DNA of 64,000 bases, from positions 6,652 to 70,651 of the forward strand of contig CAYSWC010000003.1 of assembly GCA_964434715.1 (NCBI GenBank). The letters run 5' to 3'. The translations under genes and the position numbers were made by a program. Position 1 is the first letter of the stretch; every line of letters begins with the position of its first letter. The DNA comes from an uncultured Candidatus Saccharibacteria bacterium. GTDB taxonomy: Bacteria; Patescibacteriota; Minisyncoccia; UBA6257; 1-14-0-10-40-38. Below the pieces are notes generated by a model. The model worked only from the letters and a program-made list of their open reading frames with translations. It was not told where the DNA came from and did not search any database. Below, in pieces: positions 49,401-58,092 of the stretch.

Positions 49401-51236
49401 TTAGTTTATCGCAATCGGTTTTAAATCAAAAGGTTTTAAGAGAGCGTTGAATGCTTCCTGCTCCAAAGTCTCTTTTTTAATTAAAGTTTCGGCAATGGCC
49501 TCAAGAACTTTTCTTCGGGCGGCGATGATTTTTTGAGCGGTTTCGTGAGCCAGTTTTATAAACTTCTGAACCTCTTTATCAATTTTAGCGGCCACGGCTT
49601 CGGAATAATCTTTCTCCACCGCGATCTCACGGCCCAAGAAGATAAGCTCCTCGCTCTTGCCAAAAGTCATAGGGCCCAAATCGCTCATGCCGAATTTAGT
49701 AACTAAAGCGCGCGCCAAGTGAGAGGCCTCTTTTAGGTCGTTCGAAGCACCGGTTGAGATATCGCCCAAAACCGCTTGCTCGGCCGCATACCCGCCCATC
49801 ATAATAGCCAAATCAGTTAAAAATTGGGTTTTAGTGCGAAGCCGGACTTCTTCAATGGGGAGTTTGAGCGTATAGCCGCCAACCCGTCCGCGAGATACAA
49901 TTGATATTTTCTGGACCGGATCAGCACCTTTGAGGCTGGCCGCGGCTAAAGCATGACCAGCTTCGTGATAAGCGGTGATTTTCTTTTCGCGTTCGGAAAT
50001 TACCCGGCTTCTCCTTTCCGGCCCCAAAAGAACTTTTTCAATTGAATCATAAAGATCTGATTGAACAATAATTTTTCGGTTAAGGCGGGCGGCTAAAATT
50101 GCCGCTTCATTGATTAAATTAGCTAAATCAGCGCCCGTGAAGCCCGGCGTCCGAATCCCTACCTTATTTAAATCAACGCTTTTATCCAGCGGCTTGCCCT
50201 TAGCGTGGATTTCTAGAATTTCTTCTCGGTCCTTGATGTCCGGCAAATCTAGTACCACGCGGCGGTCAAACCGGCCGGGACGAAGCAGAGCCGGATCCAA
50301 AGTATCAGGCCTATTGGTAGCGGCCATAATGATAACTCGGGAATCTCTTTCAAAACCGTCCATCTCCACCAGAATCTGGTTTAAGGTTTGTTCCCGCTCA
50401 TCATGTCCGCCGCCCAAACCCGCGCCCCGCTCTCGGCCAACGGCGTCAATTTCATCAATAAAAAGAATTGAGGGCGCGGCTTTTTTGGCAGTTGCAAAAC
50501 TGTCCCTGACGCGACTAGCTCCAACTCCTACGAACATTTCCACAAACTCCGATGCCGAGATATGGAAGAAGGGAACATTGCTCTCGCCCGCCGTGGCGCG
50601 CGCCAAGAGCGTTTTTCCTGTGCCGGGCAGGCCCATTAAAAGCACTCCCCGCGGAATCTTAGCCCCTAATTCAAAAAATTTCTTCGGGTTTTTAAGGAAA
50701 TCAACTACTTCTTCAAGTTCCTGCTTGGCCTCTTTAAGACCCGCCACATCTTTAAAAGTTATCCGGTCTTTATGGGGTGATGAGAGCCGGATATTGGAAC
50801 GGCCAAAACTGAAAACTTGGGAAGCGCCGGTTCGGGCCTGCCGGAAAATAAACCAGAAAATAGCGAGGATTACGATGAGCGGCAAAAGAGTCGGTAAAAG
50901 TACGCCCAGCCAAAACTGCAAGCCGGTTTCATTTTTAATTTCAATCGCGACCCGCCGCAATGCCGCCTGATCAACACCGAGGTTGCTTAAAGTTTCCGTC
51001 AGAGCTGATTCGGTTTCTTTCTGAACCACCGCGTCTTTGCCGTCTTTAAATTCCACTGTCAGTTCATTGCCGCGGGCGATAATTCTTGATATTTCGCCCT
51101 GATTAATCTTTTCAGCCAACTGGTTAAGGCTTAAAGTTTCTTTGGATTTTTGGCCGCCCAAAAGCACAGAAAAAACCAGCGAGACAATAATCAGAGTCAC
51201 GATTGCCCAGAAGATGTTTTTGTAGAGTAATTTCAT
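49401..51236 (-). CDS. ftsH: ATP-dependent zinc metalloprotease FtsH
   Basis: 611 aa. Two N-terminal TM helices, AAA+ GLPGTGKT and DEIDA, and zinc motif HEAGH. Confidence 0.95.
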   Translation of the reverse strand: MKLLYKNIFWAIVTLIIVSLVFSVLLGGQKSKETLSLNQLAEKINQGEISRIIARGNELTVEFKDGKDAVVQKETESALTETLSNLGVDQAALRRVAIEIKNETGLQFWLGVLLPTLLPLIVILAIFWFIFRQARTGASQVFSFGRSNIRLSSPHKDRITFKDVAGLKEAKQELEEVVDFLKNPKKFFELGAKIPRGVLLMGLPGTGKTLLARATAGESNVPFFHISASEFVEMFVGVGASRVRDSFATAKKAAPSILFIDEIDAVGRERGAGLGGGHDEREQTLNQILVEMDGFERDSRVIIMAATNRPDTLDPALLRPGRFDRRVVLDLPDIKDREEILEIHAKGKPLDKSVDLNKVGIRTPGFTGADLANLINEAAILAARLNRKIIVQSDLYDSIEKVLLGPERRSRVISEREKKITAYHEAGHALAAASLKGADPVQKISIVSRGRVGGYTLKLPIEEVRLRTKTQFLTDLAIMMGGYAAEQAVLGDISTGASNDLKEASHLARALVTKFGMSDLGPMTFGKSEELIFLGREIAVEKDYSEAVAAKIDKEVQKFIKLAHETAQKIIAARRKVLEAIAETLIKKETLEQEAFNALLKPFDLKPIAIN

Positions 51237-51313
51237 GTCATCAATAACATTACATTATAAATATCTTAATCAAGATTTCATGATTCGTCAATGCTTAAAC
51301 GCGGAAAGACGCG

Positions 51314-51370
51314 CCTGCCTGCCGGCAGGCAGGGATACCAAGCGGAAGGCCGCGGAAAATTTTTCCGCGG
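51314..51370. promoter_or_regulatory. Two perfect GC palindromes in the ftsH / xer divergent intergenic region
   Basis: CCTGCCTGCCGGCAGGCAGG (51314-51333) and CCGCGGAAAATTTTTCCGCGG (51350-51370). Confidence 0.4.
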
Positions 51371-51438
51371 AAATCGGCTTGTCGTCTACGGCAGCCAACC
51401 TCTACAATTGTGTCGCAAAATATTATATGATTAAGGCA

Positions 51439-52341
51439 ATGACTTCAGCCGAAAAATTGCTTAGAGAATATTTAGATTATTTGGAAATCGAGAAAAACCG
51501 TTCCATTAAGACCCGCGGTAATTACGAACGTTACTTGCGGACTTTTTTTAAGCAGGCCGGCATCAAAGACCTAAACCATATTACCGCCGATTCGGTAAGA
51601 AATTTCCGCTTGAAACTGGCGCGGCTTAAAGGGGGAGACGGCGAATTCTTAAAGAAAAACACTCAAAGTTATTATGCCATTGCCATTCGGAATTTCTTAA
51701 AATACTTAATAAAAAAAGATTATCAAGTCCTCTCGCCGGACAAAATTGAACTGCCGAAACTCCCTGAACGCCAGATTGAAATTATTGATTATGCTGATTT
51801 AGAAAGGTTGCTCCAAGCGCCCAAAGGCAGTAATTTAAGGAACTTACGCGACCAAGCTATTTTAGAGACGCTTTTTTCTACCGGCCTCCGGCTCTCTGAA
51901 CTCTGCGGGCTTAGCCGCTATCTGGATTTTGGGCGCGGTGAAATCACCGTGCGCGGCAAAGGAGAAAAACTGCGGCTGGTTTTTATCTCGGCTAGAGCCA
52001 AAAAATCTTTGAAAAATTATTTGGAAAAGCGCGGCGATGCTGACGAAGCTTTGTTTATAAGCTTAACTAAAAAAGGACAGGCGATTGGCAGGATTACGCC
52101 GCGGGCAGTGCAGAGATTAATAGATCGCTATGCCAGGCAAGCGGGCATTGGCAAACGGGTTACGCCCCATAGCTTCCGGCATGCTTTTGCAACTGATTTG
52201 TTAATTAACGGCGCTGATCTTCGTTCGGTTCAGGAACTCTTGGGCCACAGCCATATCTCGACCACCCAAGTTTATACCCATCTAACCAATAAAGAACTCC
52301 GGGAAGTTCACCGCGCTTTTCACGCCCGCCGAAGAAGATAG
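51439..52341 (+). CDS. Tyrosine recombinase, XerC/XerD-like
   Basis: SAM-like N-domain (YLDYLEIEKNRS..T..Y). Catalytic R (TGLRLSE), HSFRHAFAT and GHSHISTTQVYTH. Start is at 51439 or 51427; the ORF-track start at 51235 is unsupported. Confidence 0.85.
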   Translation: MTSAEKLLREYLDYLEIEKNRSIKTRGNYERYLRTFFKQAGIKDLNHITADSVRNFRLKLARLKGGDGEFLKKNTQSYYAIAIRNFLKYLIKKDYQVLSPDKIELPKLPERQIEIIDYADLERLLQAPKGSNLRNLRDQAILETLFSTGLRLSELCGLSRYLDFGRGEITVRGKGEKLRLVFISARAKKSLKNYLEKRGDADEALFISLTKKGQAIGRITPRAVQRLIDRYARQAGIGKRVTPHSFRHAFATDLLINGADLRSVQELLGHSHISTTQVYTHLTNKELREVHRAFHARRRR

Positions 52342-52351
52342 ATAGCTATAG

Positions 52352-52433
52352 TGTCGGGAGGGAGATTCGAACTCCCATGGATTGCTCCGCTGGGTCCTAA
52401 ACCCAGTGCGTCTACCAATTCCGCCATCCCGAC
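52352..52433 (-). tRNA. tRNA-Leu (anticodon TAG)
   Basis: Acceptor GTCGGGA/TCCCGAC, GGCGGAATTGGTAGACGC D region, anticodon arm CTGGG-TTTAGGA-CCCAG, long variable arm, T arm GGGAG-TTCGAAT-CTCCC. Confidence 0.9.
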
Positions 52434-52478
52434 AAAGGGTTTACAACCAGCAAAACATATACTATACTAAACTCCAAT

Positions 52479-52643
52479 ATGTCCGAAGATAAAGATTTTG
52501 AAAATTTATTGCAAGATGCCCTTAATAAGTTTATAACCGAAACCGAACGTTTAAAGCAAGAGCATCGGGCTGAAATTGAAAAGATTTTAAAGGAGGTCAA
52601 AGCCCGCAAACTAGAAGCTGTTAAAAAAGATTTAGGTATTTAA
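52479..52643 (+). CDS. Small coiled-coil protein (54 aa, below the ORF-track cutoff)
   Basis: My translation: MSEDKDFENLLQDALNKFITETERLKQEHRAEIEKILKEVKARKLEAVKKDLGI. Ends 4 nt before the next ATG. Confidence 0.45.
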   Translation: MSEDKDFENLLQDALNKFITETERLKQEHRAEIEKILKEVKARKLEAVKKDLGI

Positions 52644-52647
52644 ATTT

Positions 52648-54804
52648 ATGGCTAATCCAGAAAAATTGTCGTCCCCATCAGGGCCGCAGAAAGAAGGAGT
52701 TCCAGAAAAAAAAGAGCTTTGGGTGCCAGCAGAACTAAGGGAAGAAAAGAAGTCCACCCCGAAAACGCCGGAACCTTCCAGGATTGATCCGGCAATAACG
52801 TGGGGCCAGGTGGAATCTAAAACACCGATACCTCCGAAAGAGGAAGCTAAACCCAAGAAAGAAGAAGCTAAATCTAAAGAACTTTGGGTGCCGCCGGAGA
52901 TAGAGTCGCCGCGGATGGAGGATATAAGACAAGCACTTCAAGAAGCTGAAGTTGAAGCCAAAGAAGGCAAGGCCAAAGTAGAAGCGGTCGGCGGAACGCC
53001 GGAAGAGATGAAAGGGGCCGAGGTAGCTGGAGAGAAAAGAATAACAGGCGTCAAAGAGGCAAGCGAAACCGCCATTAAAAACAGCATCCCGATGTTTGAG
53101 GGCCGGATTAGGGTTCTTAGAGAAAAAGTTGCCGAGACATCTAGGCGGGGCAAGGAGACAGAAGTGCTTAAACTTGAAGAGCAAATCCGAACTTTTGAAA
53201 GACGCAAAAGGGAGTTTGAATTGGAGCCGGAGAGGCGGAGATTGCGTGAAGCCGTGAAAGAAGCACAAGCTCGCGGCGTTGAATCGGAAATCTTAAAAGC
53301 CGAAGAACGTCTTCGTGCCGTTGAAGGCGAGCAATATAAAACCAGACAAAAGTCGGCAGCCACCGCCGTCGCTAAAGAGTCGGCAGAAGAAAAACCGGCA
53401 ACAACCCCAGAGGCTCCTATTGACAAACTGCCGCCGGAAACAGAAGATTTTCTTGGTAATGTTGAAAGACGCAGATTGCGCGAAGCCGAAAGACCAAAAG
53501 AAAAAGCTCCGGCCGCCGAAGGGGTCCGGCCGCCGGAAGTTGAGAAGGCAGAAGGCGAAAAACTAAAGGAAAAGACGCCGGAGGTAAAATTCACCACCGC
53601 CGCCAATCAAAAACTTTTTGATAAACTGCCGCCGGAAACAAAAAATTTTCTTGGCCGGCTCTACGAACGGGTTCATCCCACATTCATTGATCGCGCTAAG
53701 ATTTGGTTCAATGATCATCTTCCCATTTTTGGTTCGGAACGCTCACCTTTTGGCTTAAAACATCATGAGAAAAAAGCCGCAAAGATTGCGAGCGAACTTG
53801 AAGCAACCAATAGCGAAATTAAAAGCAAAGAAAGTCAGCTGGGAACCTATGAGGCAACAGTAAAATCGCTTGAGGCAAGAGGCGGCGAGTTTTCAGCCGG
53901 GGAAAGAGCAGTTGCCGAGCGGGAACGGCGTGAATTAGAGCGAGACCTTGAAGCTCTTAAAAACAAGCGCGATCGCGAGCAAACAGAGCTGGAATACCGA
54001 AATAGCAAAAAAGCCATCTATGAAAATAAGCGTAAAGAAATAGTTGAGGATGTTTCCGGACGCATCAAGGAACGGCTCAAACCCTACGAAGAGAAAATAG
54101 AAGATTTACGCGCCCGCAAAGAGCAGTTTGACGCCGAAGCTAAAGCTTTTGCCGAAAAAAAAGAGGCTTTTGCCAATCAGATAAAAACCATTGAGGAAGA
54201 AAGGAAAAAAGCGGTTTTCCATTTTGAACGGCAAAGATTGGGTAGAGACATTAAAGAATTAATGAAAGAACTGCGGCTAAGCGAGAATCTCTTCAAAGAA
54301 CGTCTGGGAAGCCGTATTAAAATTGAACTTCAATTAGTTAATTTAAATCGTAAAGCTGGTCACTGGCGCGATACCCTAAATGAATTCGCCAGAGTTTCGC
54401 AAAGAAATGTTGCCTATGAGCAAGTCGGCGCCCGCGCCGAGGAAGGGCTGGATTTGAAACGGGCACAAGTATTGCGTGAACGCGGGACAGCGGCCGCGGC
54501 TCCGTCGGGGACCGAACAGGCAAAGGCACGAGAAGCTAAAGAAGTTAAACCGCGTACCATGTCGGTGGGGGCCTATCTTGGCCAGTGGAATAAATATTTT
54601 GGCAGTGAACTCCCGGTGCGTGAAGACGTCTTTTTTAAAACCTTGGGCGTGAGCGACCAGGAAAAACCTCTAAGCGAGTTAGGGTTTGATCTGCGGACTT
54701 ATTATGATTTTATGAGAAGTCACGGCAATACTGATCGCCGTCTCACTAAGCCCAAGCTTATAGAAAAAATTAAAATCCTAGAAACTTTCATTACTAAACC
54801 TTAA
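52648..54804 (+). CDS. Large Glu/Lys/Arg-rich coiled-coil protein (718 aa)
   Basis: Low-complexity helical sequence. Internal repeats KELWVP[AP]E[LI] (x2) and DKLPPET[EK][DN]FLG (x2). No enzymatic motif. Confidence 0.55.
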   Translation: MANPEKLSSPSGPQKEGVPEKKELWVPAELREEKKSTPKTPEPSRIDPAITWGQVESKTPIPPKEEAKPKKEEAKSKELWVPPEIESPRMEDIRQALQEAEVEAKEGKAKVEAVGGTPEEMKGAEVAGEKRITGVKEASETAIKNSIPMFEGRIRVLREKVAETSRRGKETEVLKLEEQIRTFERRKREFELEPERRRLREAVKEAQARGVESEILKAEERLRAVEGEQYKTRQKSAATAVAKESAEEKPATTPEAPIDKLPPETEDFLGNVERRRLREAERPKEKAPAAEGVRPPEVEKAEGEKLKEKTPEVKFTTAANQKLFDKLPPETKNFLGRLYERVHPTFIDRAKIWFNDHLPIFGSERSPFGLKHHEKKAAKIASELEATNSEIKSKESQLGTYEATVKSLEARGGEFSAGERAVAERERRELERDLEALKNKRDREQTELEYRNSKKAIYENKRKEIVEDVSGRIKERLKPYEEKIEDLRARKEQFDAEAKAFAEKKEAFANQIKTIEEERKKAVFHFERQRLGRDIKELMKELRLSENLFKERLGSRIKIELQLVNLNRKAGHWRDTLNEFARVSQRNVAYEQVGARAEEGLDLKRAQVLRERGTAAAAPSGTEQAKAREAKEVKPRTMSVGAYLGQWNKYFGSELPVREDVFFKTLGVSDQEKPLSELGFDLRTYYDFMRSHGNTDRRLTKPKLIEKIKILETFITKP

Positions 54805-54807
54805 ACT

Positions 54808-55053
54808 ATGAATATCTCTAAATCTACTAATACCAATAGTGCTTCAGAGCAAGCCGAGCGTCTGCTTCGCGAAATGAGAGCGGCTCGCGAGGATTTTACC
54901 AAGAAAACCGACCGGCTTTTGAGTGATATGAATCAAGATCTTAAAGCGGCCAAAAAAGAGCTGGACGGGGCTGATAGAGATTTGAAAAAGCTGGAAAAAC
55001 AAACAGTGGCCGAAATGGACGCGGCGGTGCTTGATTTTATCTCCGAAAAATAA
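54808..55053 (+). CDS. Small coiled-coil protein (81 aa)
   Basis: ORF directly following the 718-aa gene. Helical and charged. Confidence 0.45.
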   Translation: MNISKSTNTNSASEQAERLLREMRAAREDFTKKTDRLLSDMNQDLKAAKKELDGADRDLKKLEKQTVAEMDAAVLDFISEK

Positions 55054-55079
55054 GAGGGAATCACTCAAAAATCTCCCGC

Positions 55080-55108
55080 TTGACAGCGAGCTTATATTTT
55101 GCTATAAT
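55080..55108 (+). promoter_or_regulatory. Consensus promoter TTGACA-17-TGcTATAAT
   Basis: TTGACA at 55080-55085 and TATAAT at 55103-55108. Followed by the hairpin CCTAAGAT-tgg-ATCTTAGG. Confidence 0.65.
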
Positions 55109-55203
55109 TACCGCAATCCTAAGATTGGATCTTAGGAGGTTCTTTGAAATCAATCCAAAGGGAACATAGATATGGCTCGCAAGAGCCGGAAAGGACTGAA
55201 CCG

Positions 55204-55866
55204 ATGAGCTTTTTTAAGGATTTGGGACGAGAAGTGAAAAGCTTTATTGCAGAAGCCAGCGGCAGTGCCACTGGCACGGCTGTTGGTCATGTCGTCGGTG
55301 CCGGTGTCAAAACCGGACCCGCCGCCACCGCTGCCGCCGGAGCTAGGCCTGCTGCCACCGCTGCCGCCGGCGTGGGGATCGGCGCGGCGATCGTCCGGTT
55401 TCTGAGCAACAAGTGGACTCTGGAGAAGAAACGTTCGGTAGTCGCTTGGGCCCGGCTCGAGCTGCGAAAGCAGACGAGGGTAGACGAGAAGAGGACGAGA
55501 GTTCTAGCGGCGGACGGAGAACCAGGCGTATTACAAGAAACGACGGAGGTATTCGGACCGCCGACAAAGTTCGACGAGTGGCTTGATAGAGCCACGGCTG
55601 AAAATCAGGAGGATGCCGTGGTTGATGCCCTTTGTCTTCTCATTCCTGACGAGTTGCCGACGGAGAGACCGGAGCAAATCCGTCAGGATTTTCTGGTCAT
55701 TCTCCGCGACGCGCTGAAGCTCCCGAGCTACGAGGAGTTCCGGAGCTGGATTGCCACCCTGGAGCGAGACTTCGTGCGTCAGTGGTTGAGGAAGTGGGAT
55801 GGCGAGGCAAGCGTTGGCCTCAAGAAGTTCCGTGAGTGGCTCAATCAAAGGGGGATCCGGAGATGA
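55204..55866 (+). CDS. GC-rich orphan protein (220 aa) with Ala/Gly/Thr-rich N-terminal region
   Basis: ATG at 55204 (MSFFKDLGREV) after GGAAAGGA. An alternative TTG at 55144 follows AGGAGG. The tandem PAATAAAG repeat has no family match that I recognise. Confidence 0.5.
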   Translation: MSFFKDLGREVKSFIAEASGSATGTAVGHVVGAGVKTGPAATAAAGARPAATAAAGVGIGAAIVRFLSNKWTLEKKRSVVAWARLELRKQTRVDEKRTRVLAADGEPGVLQETTEVFGPPTKFDEWLDRATAENQEDAVVDALCLLIPDELPTERPEQIRQDFLVILRDALKLPSYEEFRSWIATLERDFVRQWLRKWDGEASVGLKKFREWLNQRGIRR

Positions 55867-56780
55867 ACCAGACCATAGGACAGCTCTTCGAGATCTTCAA
55901 GGACGTCTGGGCCACCGGCAACCGGTGGATCCGCTGGGCCGTTGGCTTTATCGTTCTCTGGCCGCTTGCCCTTGTGGTCATCGCTCTTTTGAGCGGTGAT
56001 CCCAGAGACCTCGCGGACCAAAGCGGTTTCTGGAATTTCTCCCAGCCGAACATCATCCTCGCGCTTCTGCCTGCCGCCGCCGCTTTCTGCGTCTTCATGC
56101 TTTGGTTTGACCCCATGCTCCTCGTAGCCATCGGGATTCCTGATGGGGGAAGAGCACTGCTTCGCTGGCTCGCTTTGATGATCGGAATGCAGGAGGCCAT
56201 CGGCCTCTACTTAGTAATCGTTCCGATCAAAACCGACCCCGGCCTAGTGTTGCTGCTTCTCCTTGCCGTGGCTACGCTTCTCTTTCTGGGCATGGGGCTG
56301 GGCATGCGACTGGCGGGCTTTGCCAGATTCGTATTTGGCTTGGTCTCAATCGGCGCCGTCCTGCTCACCCTCGTTTTCCTTTTGGGCGGACGAAGCGGGG
56401 TGGCTACGAAGTGGAATGCGGTCAGCAAGACCGCCGCAGCCGCGCCAGCCGTATCAAGGGCAAGCACTCCAGCTCCACCGCCGCCGCTAACCATTAGGGC
56501 AGACCGCGAGGGCTTTGTAGAAGTTCCGCGCGGCACGCCGATGGTTACGGTACCCGTCAGTCCCGATCGATGGAGCTCGTGGCTTGTCCTCGAGGGGAGG
56601 TGCGAAACTAACATCACCTACGAGGATGATTCCAAAAAGCCGGAGCTCAAGGTCTGGGGCAGGAAAGGGGTAAGAATCTTGCCGCCGGACCGATCGGATG
56701 AGGGCGTGAGCGACGACGTCCAGAAACTCTGCTTCCGTGGACCAGCACAAGTAGTCAAGATCTACTTCAACTGGCGGTAA
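55863..56780 (+). CDS. GC-rich orphan polytopic membrane protein (305 aa)
   Basis: ATG overlaps the upstream stop (ATGA). About six hydrophobic helices are followed by a ~100-aa soluble tail. Confidence 0.55.
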   Translation: MNQTIGQLFEIFKDVWATGNRWIRWAVGFIVLWPLALVVIALLSGDPRDLADQSGFWNFSQPNIILALLPAAAAFCVFMLWFDPMLLVAIGIPDGGRALLRWLALMIGMQEAIGLYLVIVPIKTDPGLVLLLLLAVATLLFLGMGLGMRLAGFARFVFGLVSIGAVLLTLVFLLGGRSGVATKWNAVSKTAAAAPAVSRASTPAPPPPLTIRADREGFVEVPRGTPMVTVPVSPDRWSSWLVLEGRCETNITYEDDSKKPELKVWGRKGVRILPPDRSDEGVSDDVQKLCFRGPAQVVKIYFNWR

Positions 56781-56843
56781 AGCAGAAAGAATCTCTTTGG
56801 AGGAAACCAGAACCGAAACGTTCTTTCACAACCTGTGTAGCAA

Positions 56844-56878
56844 ATGGCCCCAAGGGAAAAAACCCAAGGGGCCATTTT
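56844..56878 (+). terminator. Rho-independent terminator
   Basis: ATGGCCCC-loop-GGGGCCAT followed by TTTT. Confidence 0.75.
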
Positions 56879-56916
56879 ATATAATAAAATAAGGATAAAG
56901 AAGCTAGTACGGTAAC

Positions 56917-57255
56917 CTACAACGGTACCTGAAGCAATTGTCTGACAATAGCCACTATTGCTCGGGCAAGAAAGGCGATGATAATGGCTATCACAGCATA
57001 GACAATCCATTGGCGCGCTTTTTTAACCTTTTCCTCGTCGCCGCCAGAGGTAAGATACAGGAAAGCGGCGTAGATAATGAAAAGTGCCGCAATAGCCAGA
57101 AGCAATCCAAAAGCCCAATTCAATATAGCGGTAACAATCAGACTTACAGTAACGTCTCCTTTTACTTCAACCTCATCAACTATAATTTGGGCTCCGGTAA
57201 AAAGCGGCAAAGCCAGCAATATTCCCAGAACAATAACTGAACTGATTTTGGACAT
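56917..57255 (-). CDS. TrbC/VirB2-like pilin-type small membrane protein, paralog 1
   Basis: Signal peptide plus two helices with a TSGGDEEKVKKARQWIVYAVIAIIIAFLA motif (xGG..E....K.....Y.A.IG-like). Confidence 0.55.
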   Translation of the reverse strand: MSKISSVIVLGILLALPLFTGAQIIVDEVEVKGDVTVSLIVTAILNWAFGLLLAIAALFIIYAAFLYLTSGGDEEKVKKARQWIVYAVIAIIIAFLARAIVAIVRQLLQVPL

Positions 57256-57316
57256 AATTTCTATCTCTTATAGATGCCACAATGCGCTCGACCTTTGAAT
57301 TAATTATATATCTTTT

Positions 57317-57628
57317 TTAGTCCGCTCCAAAAAATTCCCTGACCGTAAGAACAATTGCCCGCGATAGAATCAGTACTATTAAGCCGATAACTGCGTAGGT
57401 TATAGTTTTTTTCCCTTTTTCAAATTGTTCTTCACTGCCGCCGGCAGTAATGATCTGAAAAGCGGCAAAAATAATAAAAAGCGTAGCAATGGCAATTCCC
57501 AAACCAACTGATTTGCCGACCAATTCCTTGAGAATATCGCTCAATTCCCGGCTGGTGCCGGTGTGGGTAGTAGTATGGTCGGCAAAAGCAATCTCTAATA
57601 AAAATAACTTTTCCAGGATTTTAATCAT
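57317..57628 (-). CDS. TrbC/VirB2-like pilin-type small membrane protein, paralog 2
   Basis: TAGGSEEQFEKGKKTITYAVIGLIVLILS motif. Confidence 0.55.
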   Translation of the reverse strand: MIKILEKLFLLEIAFADHTTTHTGTSRELSDILKELVGKSVGLGIAIATLFIIFAAFQIITAGGSEEQFEKGKKTITYAVIGLIVLILSRAIVLTVREFFGAD

Positions 57629-58071
57629 TATTTAGTTAATTGTTCACCGGTAATCAGTTCATAGACAAAACCCACAATGGCGCCGGCAAGAAGCGCGATG
57701 GTCACCCCGATGACTGCGGTTGCGATAATCGCCCTGCCTTTCTGAAATTTCTCCGCCGATCCGCCAGCGGTGATTATAACATAAGCCGCCCAAATTACCA
57801 TGAGCGTTGCCACGGGAATCACGACCGTTTTAGCAAGAAAGTCAATAATCGCTTTTAAAAGAACTATAAAATCGTCGAGGCCGCAGCCCTGCTCGTGTTT
57901 GGGCGGCAGATCGGGAAAACAGTTTAAATCTTGTCCGAAGAGCGTAAGCGGCTTATGTTCAGGATCATGATGGGCTAAAGCCGCAGGCGCGGCCAAGAAA
58001 GAAAACAAAATAAAAAACAAGACCAGAAACTTATAGAAATTTATAGGAACCGGGAGAAATTTATTTTTCAT
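57628..58071 (-). CDS. TrbC/VirB2-like pilin-type small membrane protein, paralog 3
   Basis: TAGGSAEKFQKGRAIIATAVIGVTIALLA motif, with a longer N-terminal region. Confidence 0.55.
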   Translation of the reverse strand: MKNKFLPVPINFYKFLVLFFILFSFLAAPAALAHHDPEHKPLTLFGQDLNCFPDLPPKHEQGCGLDDFIVLLKAIIDFLAKTVVIPVATLMVIWAAYVIITAGGSAEKFQKGRAIIATAVIGVTIALLAGAIVGFVYELITGEQLTK

Positions 58072-58092
58072 TTTAATTTTTAAATTCTTATC

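Noticed and set aside
50110-50970. Long antisense ORFs opposite real genes (also 52938-53606, 52735-53268, 4665-5054, 55287-55595, 56207-56617, 2142-2447)
   Set aside because: These are shadow frames on the opposite strand of well-supported or compositionally biased genes, with Ser/Arg/Pro-rich nonsense-like products.
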